A stretch of 64,000 nucleotides of DNA from an uncultured Alphaproteobacteria bacterium (GCA_943787445.1 CALSML010000023.1:2273-66272); one strand, 5' to 3'. Numbered from the stretch's first letter, positions 39,216 through 49,361 are shown. Numbers and translations: made by a program. Notes: generated by a model not told the origin, from the sequence alone.

Positions 39216-39598
39216 TGGCTCTGGTTCGCGATCTCGCGCCTGAAATCTTCCGCCAGCGTCACCTGATCGAAGGACGGTTCACGGTTGATCTGGACGAGGC
39301 AGCTGTGCGTGGGTTTCTGACCGGTCTGGCCGGTGCGCTGGGTGAAACCCCCTATGGGGATCCCATTGTCTTCTCACCGGATGGGATGATCGGGAAGGGG
39401 CAGGGCAGTGCAGGGAATGCAGGCTATGACGCATTTCTGCCGCTGGTCGATAGCGGGATATCAGCCTATTTCTGGACGGTATCGAAATTTTTTTCGGTGG
39501 TGATTTATACCTGCAAGGGCTTTGACCCGGATGCAGGACTGGCGTTCACCCGGGACGCGCTGGGCGTGACCGGCGAGATCGTGCATGTTGGATTTTGA
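39215..39598 (+). CDS. AdoMet-decarboxylase-fold (SpeH/SpeD-like) small protein embedded in the gatCAB operon
   Basis: ATG overlaps the gatA stop (TGATG); ends 9 nt before gatB. DAFLPLVDSGISAYFWTVSKFFSVVIYTCKGFDPDAG aligns by eye with the prokaryotic AdoMetDC core (...ISESHLTIHTWPE...DVFTCG..DP). Confidence 0.55.
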   Translation: MALVRDLAPEIFRQRHLIEGRFTVDLDEAAVRGFLTGLAGALGETPYGDPIVFSPDGMIGKGQGSAGNAGYDAFLPLVDSGISAYFWTVSKFFSVVIYTCKGFDPDAGLAFTRDALGVTGEIVHVGF

Positions 39599-39607
39599 GG
39601 ACGAGTT

Positions 39608-41155
39608 ATGACTGAGACAACCGACACACAGACCGAAGAGATTCCCGACCATCTGGTGGCGCATTTCACCTCGCGGATTGGCCACAACAGCGCCGATCTG
39701 ATAGAGGGCGAGACCGGCCCCTGGGAGGTCATCATCGGTCTGGAAGTGCATGCACAGGTGATGTCGGATTCCAAGCTGTTCTCCGGCGCGCCGACCGGTT
39801 TTGGCGGCGATCCCAACACCCATGTGAGCCTGGTCGATGCCGCCATGCCGGGCATGCTGCCGGTGCTCAACGACATGGCGATCCGACAGGCGGTGCGCAC
39901 AGGGCTGGGACTGGAAGCACAGATTAATCTGCGGTCGGTTTTTGACCGGAAGAACTATTTCTATCCCGATCTGCCCCAGGGTTATCAGATCAGCCAGTTC
40001 TCCGACCCCATCGTGGGTGAGGGTCGGGTGACTGTGGACATGGAGGAGGGTGAAAGCTTCGAGGTGGGCGTTGTGCGTATCCATCTGGAGCAGGATGCAG
40101 GCAAATCGATCCATGATCGTATTCCCAACCAGACCTGTATCGACCTCAACCGATCCGGTGTGGCCCTGATGGAGATCGTCTCCAAGCCCGATATACGTTC
40201 CGGTGCGGAAGCTGCGGCCTATTTCGCAAAGCTGCGTTCGATCCTGCGTTATCTGGGCACCTGTGATGGCAACATGCAGGAAGGATCCTTGCGTGCGGAT
40301 GTGAATGTGTCCGTGCGTCGCCCCGGAGAAGAGCTTGGCACGCGCTGCGAAATCAAGAATGTGAACTCGATCCGGTTTGTGCGCGAAGCGGTGGACTACG
40401 AAGCCCGTCGCCAGATTGAAATTCTGGAAGAGGGCGGCGAGATCGATCAGGAAACACGGTTGTTCGATCCCGATCGCGGGGAGACCCGTTCCATGCGGTC
40501 GAAGGAAGAGGCCCATGACTACCGCTACTTCCCGGATCCGGATTTGTTGCCGGTGGTGATCGATCAGGCTTATGTCGATGAGATCAAGGCCAGCCTGCCC
40601 GAATTGCCCGACATCAAGGCCGCACGGTTTGTCCGTGATTTCGGGCTGAGCGAATACGATGCCGGCGTGCTGGTCGCCGAGCGTGAAACGGCGGAGTTCT
40701 ATGAAGCCGTCGTGGATGCGGACGGCGCCAGTCGCGATCCGAAAATCGCGGCGAACTGGATCACGGGCGATTTCTTCCGCCGTCTGAATGCCGATGATCT
40801 GGAGATCGCTGACAGCCCGGTTTCCGGCGCGCAGCTTGGTGGTCTGATCGATCTGATTGCCGACGGTACGATCTCCGGTAAGATCGCCAAAGATGTGTTT
40901 GATGAGATGTTCGACAGCGGCAAGGACGCTGGAGCGATCGTCGAGGAAAAAGGACTGAAGCAGATCAGCGACAGCGGCGAAATTTCCGCCATCATCGATC
41001 AGATCATTGCCGACAACCCGGAACAGGCTGACCAGTACCGTCAGGGCAACACAAAGGTCGCCGGCTGGTTTACTGGTCAGGCCATGAAAGCGACGCAGGG
41101 CAAGGCCAATCCGCAAATGGTCAACGAACTGCTGCAGGAAAAGCTGGGCGGGTGA
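39608..41155 (+). CDS. gatB: Asp/Glu-tRNA amidotransferase subunit B
   Basis: 515-aa ORF; [42 protein letters not shown]. Confidence 0.96.
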   Translation: MTETTDTQTEEIPDHLVAHFTSRIGHNSADLIEGETGPWEVIIGLEVHAQVMSDSKLFSGAPTGFGGDPNTHVSLVDAAMPGMLPVLNDMAIRQAVRTGLGLEAQINLRSVFDRKNYFYPDLPQGYQISQFSDPIVGEGRVTVDMEEGESFEVGVVRIHLEQDAGKSIHDRIPNQTCIDLNRSGVALMEIVSKPDIRSGAEAAAYFAKLRSILRYLGTCDGNMQEGSLRADVNVSVRRPGEELGTRCEIKNVNSIRFVREAVDYEARRQIEILEEGGEIDQETRLFDPDRGETRSMRSKEEAHDYRYFPDPDLLPVVIDQAYVDEIKASLPELPDIKAARFVRDFGLSEYDAGVLVAERETAEFYEAVVDADGASRDPKIAANWITGDFFRRLNADDLEIADSPVSGAQLGGLIDLIADGTISGKIAKDVFDEMFDSGKDAGAIVEEKGLKQISDSGEISAIIDQIIADNPEQADQYRQGNTKVAGWFTGQAMKATQGKANPQMVNELLQEKLGG

Positions 41156-41171
41156 TCCGCAGACACTCGTC

Positions 41172-41264
41172 ATGCCCGGACCTGATCCGGGTACCCATGT
41201 CCGTTGATCACGCTGATGCCCGACGGGAATCCACCACGTGGATGGCCGGATCAAGTCCGGCCAT
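41172..41264. repeat. two REP-like 8-7-8 palindromes downstream of gatB
   Basis: CGTC-ATGCCCGG-ACCTGAT-CCGGGTAC (41172-41194) and ATGGCCGG-ATCAAGT-CCGGCCAT-GAC (41242-41264). Same family as at 10.5 and 11.8-12.3 kb. Confidence 0.8.
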
Positions 41265-41288
41265 GACAATTGAGGGTAAGTCTCCGCC

Positions 41289-42233
41289 ATGATCCCCGTC
41301 CTTTCCATCGTCCTGCCCGTCTTCGGGTTGATCGGGCTCGGCGTGATCGGCGGGCGGTCGAAGCTGTTCCCGGAAGCGGCCGTCAACGGGCTGAGCAATT
41401 TCGTGCTCTATGTGGCTGTGCCGGCGCTGCTGTTTCGCACCGTTGTGCGGTCGCGGCCCTTTGATGCCCTGAACTTCGATATCGTCTTTGCCTATTACGG
41501 CGCGTCCTTCGTGGTGATGGTCGGCGCGCTGGCGCTGGGGCGCTATGTCTTTGGCCTTGCCGGTGGCGAGCGGGCTTCGTTCGCCATGGGCTCGATGTTT
41601 TCCAACACCACGCTGCTGGGCGTGCCGCTGGTCTTTGCGACCTGGGGCGAAGCCGGGCTGGTGCCGCTGATGGTGGTTATCACCCTGCATTCGCTGCTGT
41701 TCGCGACGGTCTTCTTCGTGTTGCACGACATGGCGCAGTCGGGTGCTGTCGGCTGGGCAAGCGCCGTGCGTCTGGCGGCGCGTTCGATTGTCACCAATCC
41801 GGTGATCATTTCCATCGCGGTCGGGCTGGCCTGGGCGTTTCTGGGGCTCGGGCTGCCCGGGTTCGTGAGCAGCATCATCGACATGCTGGGGGATGCGACG
41901 ATCCCCGCTGCGCTGTTCGCCGTGGGGGCTGCACTCGCCCAGTTTCGGGTGGCAGGCAATGTGCAGCACGCCATGACCATGGCGGGGATCAAACTTGTGG
42001 TGCACCCGTTGCTGGTCTTTGCCGCCGCCCACTGGCTGTTTGATCTGAGCGCACTGGAACTGGCTGTCGTCACCCTGACCGCGGCATTGCCGGGCGGACT
42101 GATGGTGTTCCTGGTGGCCCAGTCCTATGGCGTCTATGTGGCGCGGGCCGGGACTTCGCTGGTGCTCTCGACGGCGGGTGGCGTGTTCACACTGTCGGTG
42201 CTGATTGCTCTGTTTGCCCGGCAGGGTTTCTGA
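41289..42233 (+). CDS. AEC (auxin efflux carrier) family transporter
   Basis: 314-aa polytopic ORF; MIPVLSIVLPVFGLIGLG..., typical two-lobed AEC hydrophobic pattern. Confidence 0.85.
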   Translation: MIPVLSIVLPVFGLIGLGVIGGRSKLFPEAAVNGLSNFVLYVAVPALLFRTVVRSRPFDALNFDIVFAYYGASFVVMVGALALGRYVFGLAGGERASFAMGSMFSNTTLLGVPLVFATWGEAGLVPLMVVITLHSLLFATVFFVLHDMAQSGAVGWASAVRLAARSIVTNPVIISIAVGLAWAFLGLGLPGFVSSIIDMLGDATIPAALFAVGAALAQFRVAGNVQHAMTMAGIKLVVHPLLVFAAAHWLFDLSALELAVVTLTAALPGGLMVFLVAQSYGVYVARAGTSLVLSTAGGVFTLSVLIALFARQGF

Positions 42234-42283
42234 ATTCATTGACCGCAGGGGTTTGACTCCACGCAATCGTGACCTATTTTCAC

Positions 42284-42305
42284 TTCCATTCGGTACCGTA
42301 TGGAA
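42284..42305. promoter_or_regulatory. 22-bp near-perfect palindrome, candidate operator upstream of the NmrA-like gene
   Basis: TTCCATTCGGTACCGTATGGAA; only the T/T pair breaks dyad symmetry; 53 bp upstream of ATG 42358. Confidence 0.35.
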
Positions 42306-42357
42306 GCTAGGGTCGTCTCCAGAACGGTGAAACAGGCAACCCCAAGGGGAGAACAAC

Positions 42358-43224
42358 ATGATTGGTGTTATCGGAGCCACAGGTATGACGGGCCGCGAAC
42401 TTGTCGCGGCACTGAAGGAGAAGGGCGCGGAATTCCGGTGCCTCGTGCGGGATACTGCAAAAGCAGCCGAGACACTGGGCGGTGACGTGGAACTGGTGCA
42501 GGCCGATCTGGCCGATGCCGCCAGCATCGAAGCGGGCCTGCAGGGCTGTGACAAGCTGTTTCTGCTGTCGGGCCACAGCCCGGTGATGGTGGAGCAGCAG
42601 CTCAATGCGGTGAATGCGGCCAAGGCCGTCGAAGTGAACCACATCGTGAAGCTGTCCGGTGGTAGTTTCATCATCAAGGAAGACACCCCGGCACTGATTG
42701 GCCGTGGGCACTGGCAAATTGAACAGGAGATCCGCGCCAGCGGCATCGACTGGACCTTCCTGCGTCCGGGATTCTTCATGCAGAATTTCCTGAACATGGC
42801 CGAAGCCATCAAGGGCATGGGCAAGGTGATGATGCCGGTGCCCGCTGATGTGGGGCTTGGCATGATCGATGTGCGCGACACCGCGGATGCGGCAGCCGGA
42901 ATTCTGACCAGTGACGGCCATGCGGGGCAGGTTTACGAACTGTCCGGCCCGAATGTGACCCCGGCTGAAGCGGTGGCGGCTATCGGCAGCGCGATCGGCA
43001 AGGAAATTGCTTTTGTTCCGGTGCCCATGGAAGGGGCCATTGGTGCGATGAAGGAACGCGGTATGCCCGACTGGCTTGTTGATCACCAGAGCACCCTGAT
43101 GGGGATCGCGGCGGCTGGAAACATGGCAACCTACGGCAACGACCTGATCGAGAAGCTTGCGGGGCATGCACCGCGTACGCCTGCGGACTTCGCGCGCGAC
43201 AATGCGGGTGCGTTCACGGCGTAG
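42358..43224 (+). CDS. NmrA/SDR-like NAD(P)-binding protein
   Basis: MIGVIGATGMTGRELV Rossmann start; 288 aa; GGAGA-type RBS upstream. Confidence 0.85.
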   Translation: MIGVIGATGMTGRELVAALKEKGAEFRCLVRDTAKAAETLGGDVELVQADLADAASIEAGLQGCDKLFLLSGHSPVMVEQQLNAVNAAKAVEVNHIVKLSGGSFIIKEDTPALIGRGHWQIEQEIRASGIDWTFLRPGFFMQNFLNMAEAIKGMGKVMMPVPADVGLGMIDVRDTADAAAGILTSDGHAGQVYELSGPNVTPAEAVAAIGSAIGKEIAFVPVPMEGAIGAMKERGMPDWLVDHQSTLMGIAAAGNMATYGNDLIEKLAGHAPRTPADFARDNAGAFTA

Positions 43225-43255
43225 TTGCGCGAACGACGACCGTGGAACAGGAATG

Positions 43256-43287
43256 AAGGGCGGGTCTTGAACCTGCCCTTTTTCTTT
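43256..43287 (+). terminator. rho-independent terminator
   Basis: AAGGGCGGGT-CTTGA-ACCTGCCCTT followed by TTTCTTT, 32 nt after the stop of the NmrA-like gene. Confidence 0.75.
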
Positions 43288-43296
43288 GGGCGTCTT

Positions 43297-44208
43297 TCAG
43301 ACGTTGCGGATGCTGCCGATTTCGGCGACGATGAAGTCGATGAAGGCGCGGGTCTTCAGAGCCAGTTCGCGCTGGGCCGGATAGACCGCATAGACCGAGG
43401 CTTCCTGGCGTTCGAAGTCGCGTAGCAGGCTGACCAGGCGCCCGGATTCAATATCCGGTTTCACCACATGATAGGGAAAGCGGGCAATGCCGGCACCGGC
43501 CAGCGCGCCTTCAAGCGCGACCATCAGGCTGGTGCTGCGGATCGGGCCGTCGACGCGAACCGCATAGCCCGCGCCATCAATGTCGAAGGTCCATTCCGCG
43601 ATGGTGGGGGCGGCGGTGGCCACGAGGCAGTCATGGCCGAGGAGTTCGTCCGGATGCGCGGGCGTGCCGTGGTTTTCGATATAGGTCGGACTGGCACACA
43701 CCGTCATGGGCGTTTCCATGATCTTGCGGGCGATCAGCGTGGAATCGGGCATCACTTCGGCACCGCGAATGACCACGTCATAGCCATCCCCGACCACATC
43801 CACATAGCTGTCCGATGATGTCACATCGATGCGCACTTCGGGATAGCGTTCGATGAAGCGCGGCAGCAGCGGGGCGATGAACATCTGCCCGAACATCACC
43901 GGCATGGCCAGGCGCAACAAACCGCGTGGCGCTACGGTGACCGAGTTGACCGATTCTGCGCCTTCTTCGAGGGTTGCGAGTGCCGAGGCCACGCTGGCGT
44001 GATAAGAGGTTCCGGCTTCGGTGAGCGCCAGCTGACGGGTTGTCCGGGCGATCAGGCGGGCTCCCAGCCGGCTCTCTAGCTCCGAAATGGCCTTGCTGAT
44101 CGCTGACGGAGAAACGTTCAGACGTTCGGCCGCGCCACGGAAACTGCCGGTTTCCGCAACGGCGTGAAACATTTCCAGCGCGCGTGTCGAAGGGTGCGTC
44201 ATGTTCAT
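43297..44208 (-). CDS. LysR-family transcriptional regulator
   Basis: HTH FRGAAERLNVSPSAISKAISELE; 303 aa; divergent from the VOC/OsmC cluster across an AT-rich 86-bp spacer. Confidence 0.93.
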   Translation of the reverse strand: MNMTHPSTRALEMFHAVAETGSFRGAAERLNVSPSAISKAISELESRLGARLIARTTRQLALTEAGTSYHASVASALATLEEGAESVNSVTVAPRGLLRLAMPVMFGQMFIAPLLPRFIERYPEVRIDVTSSDSYVDVVGDGYDVVIRGAEVMPDSTLIARKIMETPMTVCASPTYIENHGTPAHPDELLGHDCLVATAAPTIAEWTFDIDGAGYAVRVDGPIRSTSLMVALEGALAGAGIARFPYHVVKPDIESGRLVSLLRDFERQEASVYAVYPAQRELALKTRAFIDFIVAEIGSIRNV

Positions 44209-44294
44209 GAAATTATATCATGAATTTTATGATCGCAATTGAATTGATGAAAATAAATGAATGATTGATAGTCCGTTTCAGAGAGGAGACGGCC

Positions 44295-44816
44295 ATGACT
44301 GACGACCTTGCGACACCGCGTGCGCTGAACCATATCGGCATCACGGTGCCCGATATTCACGCCGCGATCGACTGGTATGGCAAGGTGTTCGGCTTCCGCC
44401 GGATCATGGGGCCGCGCCGTCTGGAGCCGAAATTGTCCGATACGGCGGAGTCCGGCCATATTCTGGGCCCGCGGTTCCGCAAGGCGCTGCAGGCCCATCT
44501 GATCACCGGCAACGGGATCGGCCTGGAGCTGTTTCAGTTCCTCGATCCGGAGGTCGAAACCCCGGACGACAACTTGGAATACTGGAAGACCGGTGTCTGG
44601 CATCTGTGTTTCACCGATCCCGATATCGACCGGCTTGTGGCGCGCATTGTTGCCGAGGGCGGCAAGCAACGCACGGATGTATGGGCCTTCGTCCCCGGCA
44701 CTGACCGGAAGCTTTGCTATTGCGAAGACCCGTTCGGCAATGTGATCGAGATCTTTTCTCATTCCTACGAACAAACCTTCGCCAACTGGCCCGATGAGGG
44801 CCGCGATGCTGACTAA
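44295..44816 (+). CDS. VOC (glyoxalase) family protein
   Basis: ATG 44295 after GAGAGGAG; LNHIGITVPDIHAAIDWYGKVFGF. Confidence 0.82.
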   Translation: MTDDLATPRALNHIGITVPDIHAAIDWYGKVFGFRRIMGPRRLEPKLSDTAESGHILGPRFRKALQAHLITGNGIGLELFQFLDPEVETPDDNLEYWKTGVWHLCFTDPDIDRLVARIVAEGGKQRTDVWAFVPGTDRKLCYCEDPFGNVIEIFSHSYEQTFANWPDEGRDAD

Positions 44817-44845
44817 TCCGGAAGCCCCGGACACAAGGAGAATTC

Positions 44846-45379
44846 ATGTCTGAAGAACTGCAGAAAACCGAGACCATGGCCGATGAGGGCAAGGTGAAGA
44901 CCTTCAATGTTGTCTTCGATGTCGAGGGCAAGGCCGTCGGCAAGATGCGCAATGAGATCAAGGGCCAGATGGTCAGCCCGGTCGTCGATGAGGCCTTCGA
45001 AATGGCCACCGATGAAGGGGCGGCCCATGGCGGAGACATGACCGCGCCGCCGCCGCTGGCTTATTTCTGCACCGGATTTGTGGCCTGCCTAATGACCCAG
45101 ATTCGGGCGTTCTCCAAGCGGCTGCGGGTGCCCATCGGTGAACTGACCGTGAAGGCCCATATCGAGTGGGAAGCCCGGGTGGAGGGGCGCGATCCCTATA
45201 CCAGCCGGCCGGTCGCATTCCGGCTGGATGTGGATTTTGACTCTGATGCGTCCTTCGAGGATCAGAAGCGTCTGCTCGATGCCGCCCAGAAGGGCTGCTT
45301 CGTCGAAGCGACGCTGGCCAACCCGATCCCGGTGAACCATCGCCTCAAGATTGATGGCGACTTTCAGGACGCTGACTGA
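44846..45379 (+). CDS. OsmC/Ohr-family protein
   Basis: 177-aa ORF; DEGAAHGGDMTAPPPLAYFCTGFVACL resembles the OsmC Cys-containing core. Confidence 0.7.
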   Translation: MSEELQKTETMADEGKVKTFNVVFDVEGKAVGKMRNEIKGQMVSPVVDEAFEMATDEGAAHGGDMTAPPPLAYFCTGFVACLMTQIRAFSKRLRVPIGELTVKAHIEWEARVEGRDPYTSRPVAFRLDVDFDSDASFEDQKRLLDAAQKGCFVEATLANPIPVNHRLKIDGDFQDAD

Positions 45380-45476
45380 CCCTGCTGCGATTGGCGTCGG
45401 ATCACGGACCTGCGCTAGGATTTTGAAAAGCTGACCCCCGCAGGTTCTGTGGGTGGCAAGGCCATGGGAGATGACG

Positions 45477-46481
45477 ATGTTGAATGCAGCGGTAATCGGA
45501 CTGGGATGGTGGGGCAAGCAGATCGTGACCTGCCTGGCCGACAGCGACAGAATTGCAGTGCGGCGCGGGGTCGATGTGAACCTCGACGATGCACGCGGCT
45601 TTGCGGCGGTGCACGGCTTTGATGTCGGTGACAGCTATGACGATGTGCTGGCTGATGACGACATCGATGCCGTCATTCTTGTGACCCCCCATGCGCTGCA
45701 CGAAGAGCAGGTTCTGGCGGCGGCAGCTGCGGGTAAGCAGATCTTCTGCGAGAAGCCCTTCGCGCTGTCCTCGGAGGCGGCCCAACGCATGCTGACGGCT
45801 TGTCATGACGCGGGGTTGAAGGCTGTCGGGATTGGCCATGAGCGGCGCTTCGAACCTGCGCTCGAAGCCCTAAAGACCCATCTGGATGGCGGTGATTTCG
45901 GCACGCTGATCCATATCGAGTGCAATTGGTCCCACAACAATTTCACCAAGGCTGCGACCGCGGCATCGTCCTGGCGGAAGGATGCCAAACAGGCCCCTCT
46001 GGGAACCCTGACCGCTCTGGGGGTCCACATCACCGATTACTTCCAGTCTCTGGCCGGACCGGTGGCCCGTTTGCGGGCTGTGGCCAACAGCCGTTCGGAT
46101 CTGTTCCCGGGCAATGATGTGGTTACCGTGCAGTTCAGCTTCGAATCCGGGGTGACCGGCTTCATGTGCAATATCGCCACGACCCCCTTCCACAGCGCCA
46201 TCAAGGTGTTCGGGGACAAGGGCTGGGGCGAGGCACGGGAAAATTCGAATGTGGACATTCCCGAGCCCGCCACCCTGACCACGCGCTGGCTGGACGAGGA
46301 ACTGACCACCCAGACCTTCGCCTCCCAGAATGTGGTGAAGGCCAATCTGGAGCAATGGGCCGATGCTGCTGAGGGCAAGGGGGGATACCGGTTCACGCCG
46401 GACCACCTGCTCCACAATGTGGAAATCCTGCAGGCAATCGTCGCATCTGCAGAAACCGGTGAAGAGGTTGCAGTCCGCTAG
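45477..46481 (+). CDS. Gfo/Idh/MocA-family oxidoreductase
   Basis: MLNAAVIGLGWWGKQ Rossmann start, IFCEKPFAL motif. ATG 45477 has the best GGGAG spacing. Confidence 0.85.
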   Translation: MLNAAVIGLGWWGKQIVTCLADSDRIAVRRGVDVNLDDARGFAAVHGFDVGDSYDDVLADDDIDAVILVTPHALHEEQVLAAAAAGKQIFCEKPFALSSEAAQRMLTACHDAGLKAVGIGHERRFEPALEALKTHLDGGDFGTLIHIECNWSHNNFTKAATAASSWRKDAKQAPLGTLTALGVHITDYFQSLAGPVARLRAVANSRSDLFPGNDVVTVQFSFESGVTGFMCNIATTPFHSAIKVFGDKGWGEARENSNVDIPEPATLTTRWLDEELTTQTFASQNVVKANLEQWADAAEGKGGYRFTPDHLLHNVEILQAIVASAETGEEVAVR

Positions 46482-46608
46482 CACCGCAAGGTTTTGGCGT
46501 ATCGTTACTGGACCTGCCGCAGACCAATCGACAAGCTTTCCCCGTACCGTCAGAATGGGTGCTGCATCGCGATGGCGGTCGCGTCGTGCTGACAGGGAGG
46601 AAGTTCAC

Positions 46609-47313
46609 ATGATCCGCGCCTATTCCTGGCCGACCCCCAATGGTCACAAGGTTCACATCATGCTGCATGAGTGCGAACTCGCGCATGAGGTAATTCCCGT
46701 CGATATCGGGGATGGTCAGCAATTTGAGCCGGACTTTCTTGCGATCAGCCCGAACAACCGTATCCCCGCCATCGTCGACACGGACGGGCCAAATGGGCAG
46801 GACATCTCGATCTTCGAAACCGGAGCGATCCTCTATTACCTGGCCCAGAAGACGGGCAAATTCCTGCCCGACGCGGCCACCGAGCCGGCGGCTCACTTCG
46901 CCACGATGGAGTGGTTGATGTGGCAGATGGGCGGGATCGGTCCGATGATGGGGCAGGCCAATCATTTCCGCCGTTACGCGCCCGAGCGGATCGCCTATGC
47001 CACCGAGCGCTATGCCAACGAGACAAAGCGTCTGTTCGGCGTGGCCGATACGCGGCTTTCCAGAACCCGATATCTGGCCGGCGACGACTACACGATTGCG
47101 GATATTGCCGCCTTTCCGTGGATGCGGAACTGGAAGGGCCAGGAGGTCCCGCTGGATGACTATCCCAACACCCGGCGCTGGCTGGAAGAGGTTGGCGCGC
47201 GCCCGGCTGTGGAAAGCGGCCTGGAAGTGCTCACCGAGCATCGCAGTTCCAGCCCGCCCAAGGGCAAGGCCTGGGACGTGATGTTCGGCAAGGAACAATT
47301 CAAGCGGCGGTAG
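46609..47313 (+). CDS. glutathione S-transferase (YfcG/Nu-class-like)
   Basis: ATG 46609 after AGGGAGG; SWPTPNGHKVHIMLHE, NNRIPAIVD, ETGAILYYLAQKTG. Confidence 0.88.
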   Translation: MIRAYSWPTPNGHKVHIMLHECELAHEVIPVDIGDGQQFEPDFLAISPNNRIPAIVDTDGPNGQDISIFETGAILYYLAQKTGKFLPDAATEPAAHFATMEWLMWQMGGIGPMMGQANHFRRYAPERIAYATERYANETKRLFGVADTRLSRTRYLAGDDYTIADIAAFPWMRNWKGQEVPLDDYPNTRRWLEEVGARPAVESGLEVLTEHRSSSPPKGKAWDVMFGKEQFKRR

Positions 47314-47347
47314 ACCGCATTCATCGTAGGAAACTTAGGGGGGAAGA

Positions 47348-48565
47348 ATGGCCATCAAGAAATTGCGCACCAAGCGCGACGACCAGCAGTGGATGCTCGA
47401 TCTGGCGCTGAACATGCGCGGACGGGTGCAGAATTTCGAGCGTGATGACGCGGAAACGCCGACCCGCGCCCACAACTACCGCATGCTGCCCAAGCAGTGG
47501 GCGAAGAAGGGCGATCACGATGCCATGCTCGCCAAAAAGGCGCAGGAAAACGGCTTCAACGCGACAGCGACGGATCACTACGATCACGCCATCGAAGCCT
47601 ATCGCATGGCCCAGCATCCGATCTTCTATGACGAGAATCCGGTCAAGATCGATCTCTACAACCGTTTGTCCGAGATGGTCGATCGTCGTTGCGAGACCGC
47701 GGCCTATCCGATCGAGCGGGTGGAGGTGCCCTTTGATGACGGCAAGACGATTTCCTGCCTGCTGCATTTGCTGCCCGACCGCCGCAAGGCGCCCTGCGTG
47801 ATCTATGTGCCGGGTATGGATCAGACCAAGGAGGCCGTGCCGAAAGCGGGTAAAAATCCGTTCATCGAACGTGGCATGCATGTGATTTCCATCGATGGCC
47901 CGGGTCAGGGCAATTCGAACATGCAGAAGATCCGGGCGGTGGGTGACAATTACGAGCGCGCCGGTGCAGCCGTGATGGATTATCTGCAGACCCGCGACGA
48001 AATCGACAACGAGAGGATCGGTGTATACGGCGTTTCCATGGGCAGCTACTGGTCCCTGCGACTGGCAAGCTATGACCATCGCCCGGCAGCGCTGGTCAGT
48101 GCGGTGGCGTGCTTCAATCCGAACAACACGATCTTCACCCAGTCCTCGCCGCGCTTCAAACAGCAGTTCATGTACATGGCCGGCATGGAGGACGAGGATG
48201 AGTTCGATGCGATGGCCCGCGACATGACGGTGAAGGGCTATGTGGAGAAGATCGAATGTCCGACGCTGCTCGTTTCCGGTGAGTTCGATCCGCTCTGTCC
48301 GCTCGAGGATGCCATCGAGGTCTATGGCGACATCACCGCCAACAAGGAGATGTGGGTGGTCGAGGATCAGTTCCATCCGCTCTGGGGATTGCCCAATCTG
48401 GGTGGGCTGGACTGCCATGACTATGTGGCCGACTGGTGCGCCCGGATCCTGATCAACGGCAAGAGCGAGAAAGACCGAGTCGCCTATGTCGAGGTGAAGG
48501 GCGACGGCCCGTTCGGGGATTGCGAGTGGACGCCACCGGTGGGTCCGGATCAGGCCTATTTCTAG
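47348..48565 (+). CDS. alpha/beta hydrolase
   Basis: 405-aa ORF; nucleophile elbow GVSMGSYW, later GEFDPLCP and FHPLWG. Confidence 0.8.
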   Translation: MAIKKLRTKRDDQQWMLDLALNMRGRVQNFERDDAETPTRAHNYRMLPKQWAKKGDHDAMLAKKAQENGFNATATDHYDHAIEAYRMAQHPIFYDENPVKIDLYNRLSEMVDRRCETAAYPIERVEVPFDDGKTISCLLHLLPDRRKAPCVIYVPGMDQTKEAVPKAGKNPFIERGMHVISIDGPGQGNSNMQKIRAVGDNYERAGAAVMDYLQTRDEIDNERIGVYGVSMGSYWSLRLASYDHRPAALVSAVACFNPNNTIFTQSSPRFKQQFMYMAGMEDEDEFDAMARDMTVKGYVEKIECPTLLVSGEFDPLCPLEDAIEVYGDITANKEMWVVEDQFHPLWGLPNLGGLDCHDYVADWCARILINGKSEKDRVAYVEVKGDGPFGDCEWTPPVGPDQAYF

Positions 48566-48594
48566 GTTGCGGACCGCATATCGGAAACTTGCCT

Positions 48595-49287
48595 ATGTCT
48601 GTGCTCTCGGCACTTGATCCGGCGCCACGACTGACGATCCGTGCGCCCTATGTGACCCTTGCGCTGGTGGCGGTGCATGTCGCTGTCTTCATCGTGATGA
48701 CCGCCATGGGTGAAGCCGCGACGGCAGATATCATACGGGGCTTCTCGGTCATCCCCGCACGGATGTTTGAAGATTACGCCCTGCCCGAGGGGCTGCGCAC
48801 GGTGTCGCCGTTGCTGTCATTGATCACCTATCAGTTCCTGCACGAGGGCTTGGTTCCAATGATTCTGGCGATGGTGTTCCTGTGGCAGTTCGGGGATCTG
48901 ATCGAGGATGCGCTCGGCCACAGCCGGTATTTCCTGTTTGTTCTGGTGTGCGGCGCCATGGGGGGTATGGTTCAAGGTCTTGTTGATACAAACGAGACCG
49001 CATCGCTGATCGGTGCGAGCGGCGCGGTCTTCGGTATATTCGGTGGCTATCTGATGCTCTATCCCCGGGCGCGACTGCCAGGCCGGGTGTTCGGCGCTGT
49101 GCCGCTGCCGGCATTTCTCCTGATCGGGATTTGTGCCGTTCTTAATCTGCTGTGGGTGGGTGTTCTGTCGCCGGTGGCCCTGAGCACTGCGATCTGGGTG
49201 CCGATGGGTGGTGGCGTCACCGGCGCGTTCATGATCTTCTACCTGCGCAACCCCCATATCGAGCTGTGGCATCGGACGCCGCGGTAG
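48595..49287 (+). CDS. rhomboid-family intramembrane serine protease
   Basis: ATG 48595 (MSVLSALDP...); FLHEGLVPMILAMVFLW, catalytic GASGAVFGIFGGY. Confidence 0.85.
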   Translation: MSVLSALDPAPRLTIRAPYVTLALVAVHVAVFIVMTAMGEAATADIIRGFSVIPARMFEDYALPEGLRTVSPLLSLITYQFLHEGLVPMILAMVFLWQFGDLIEDALGHSRYFLFVLVCGAMGGMVQGLVDTNETASLIGASGAVFGIFGGYLMLYPRARLPGRVFGAVPLPAFLLIGICAVLNLLWVGVLSPVALSTAIWVPMGGGVTGAFMIFYLRNPHIELWHRTPR

Positions 49288-49361
49288 GGGATTAATCATC
49301 TCCCGAAGAGTTTAGGCGCGGCGCGCTGGCGATTGCAGGAAAACAATCCTAGATTGTTGCG

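Noticed and set aside
39461-42881. Long minus-strand ORFs 39461..41398 (645 aa) and 41208..42881 (557 aa)
   Set aside because: They are antisense to gatB and to the AEC transporter and NmrA-like genes. The composition is low-complexity with no motifs, so these are shadow ORFs.
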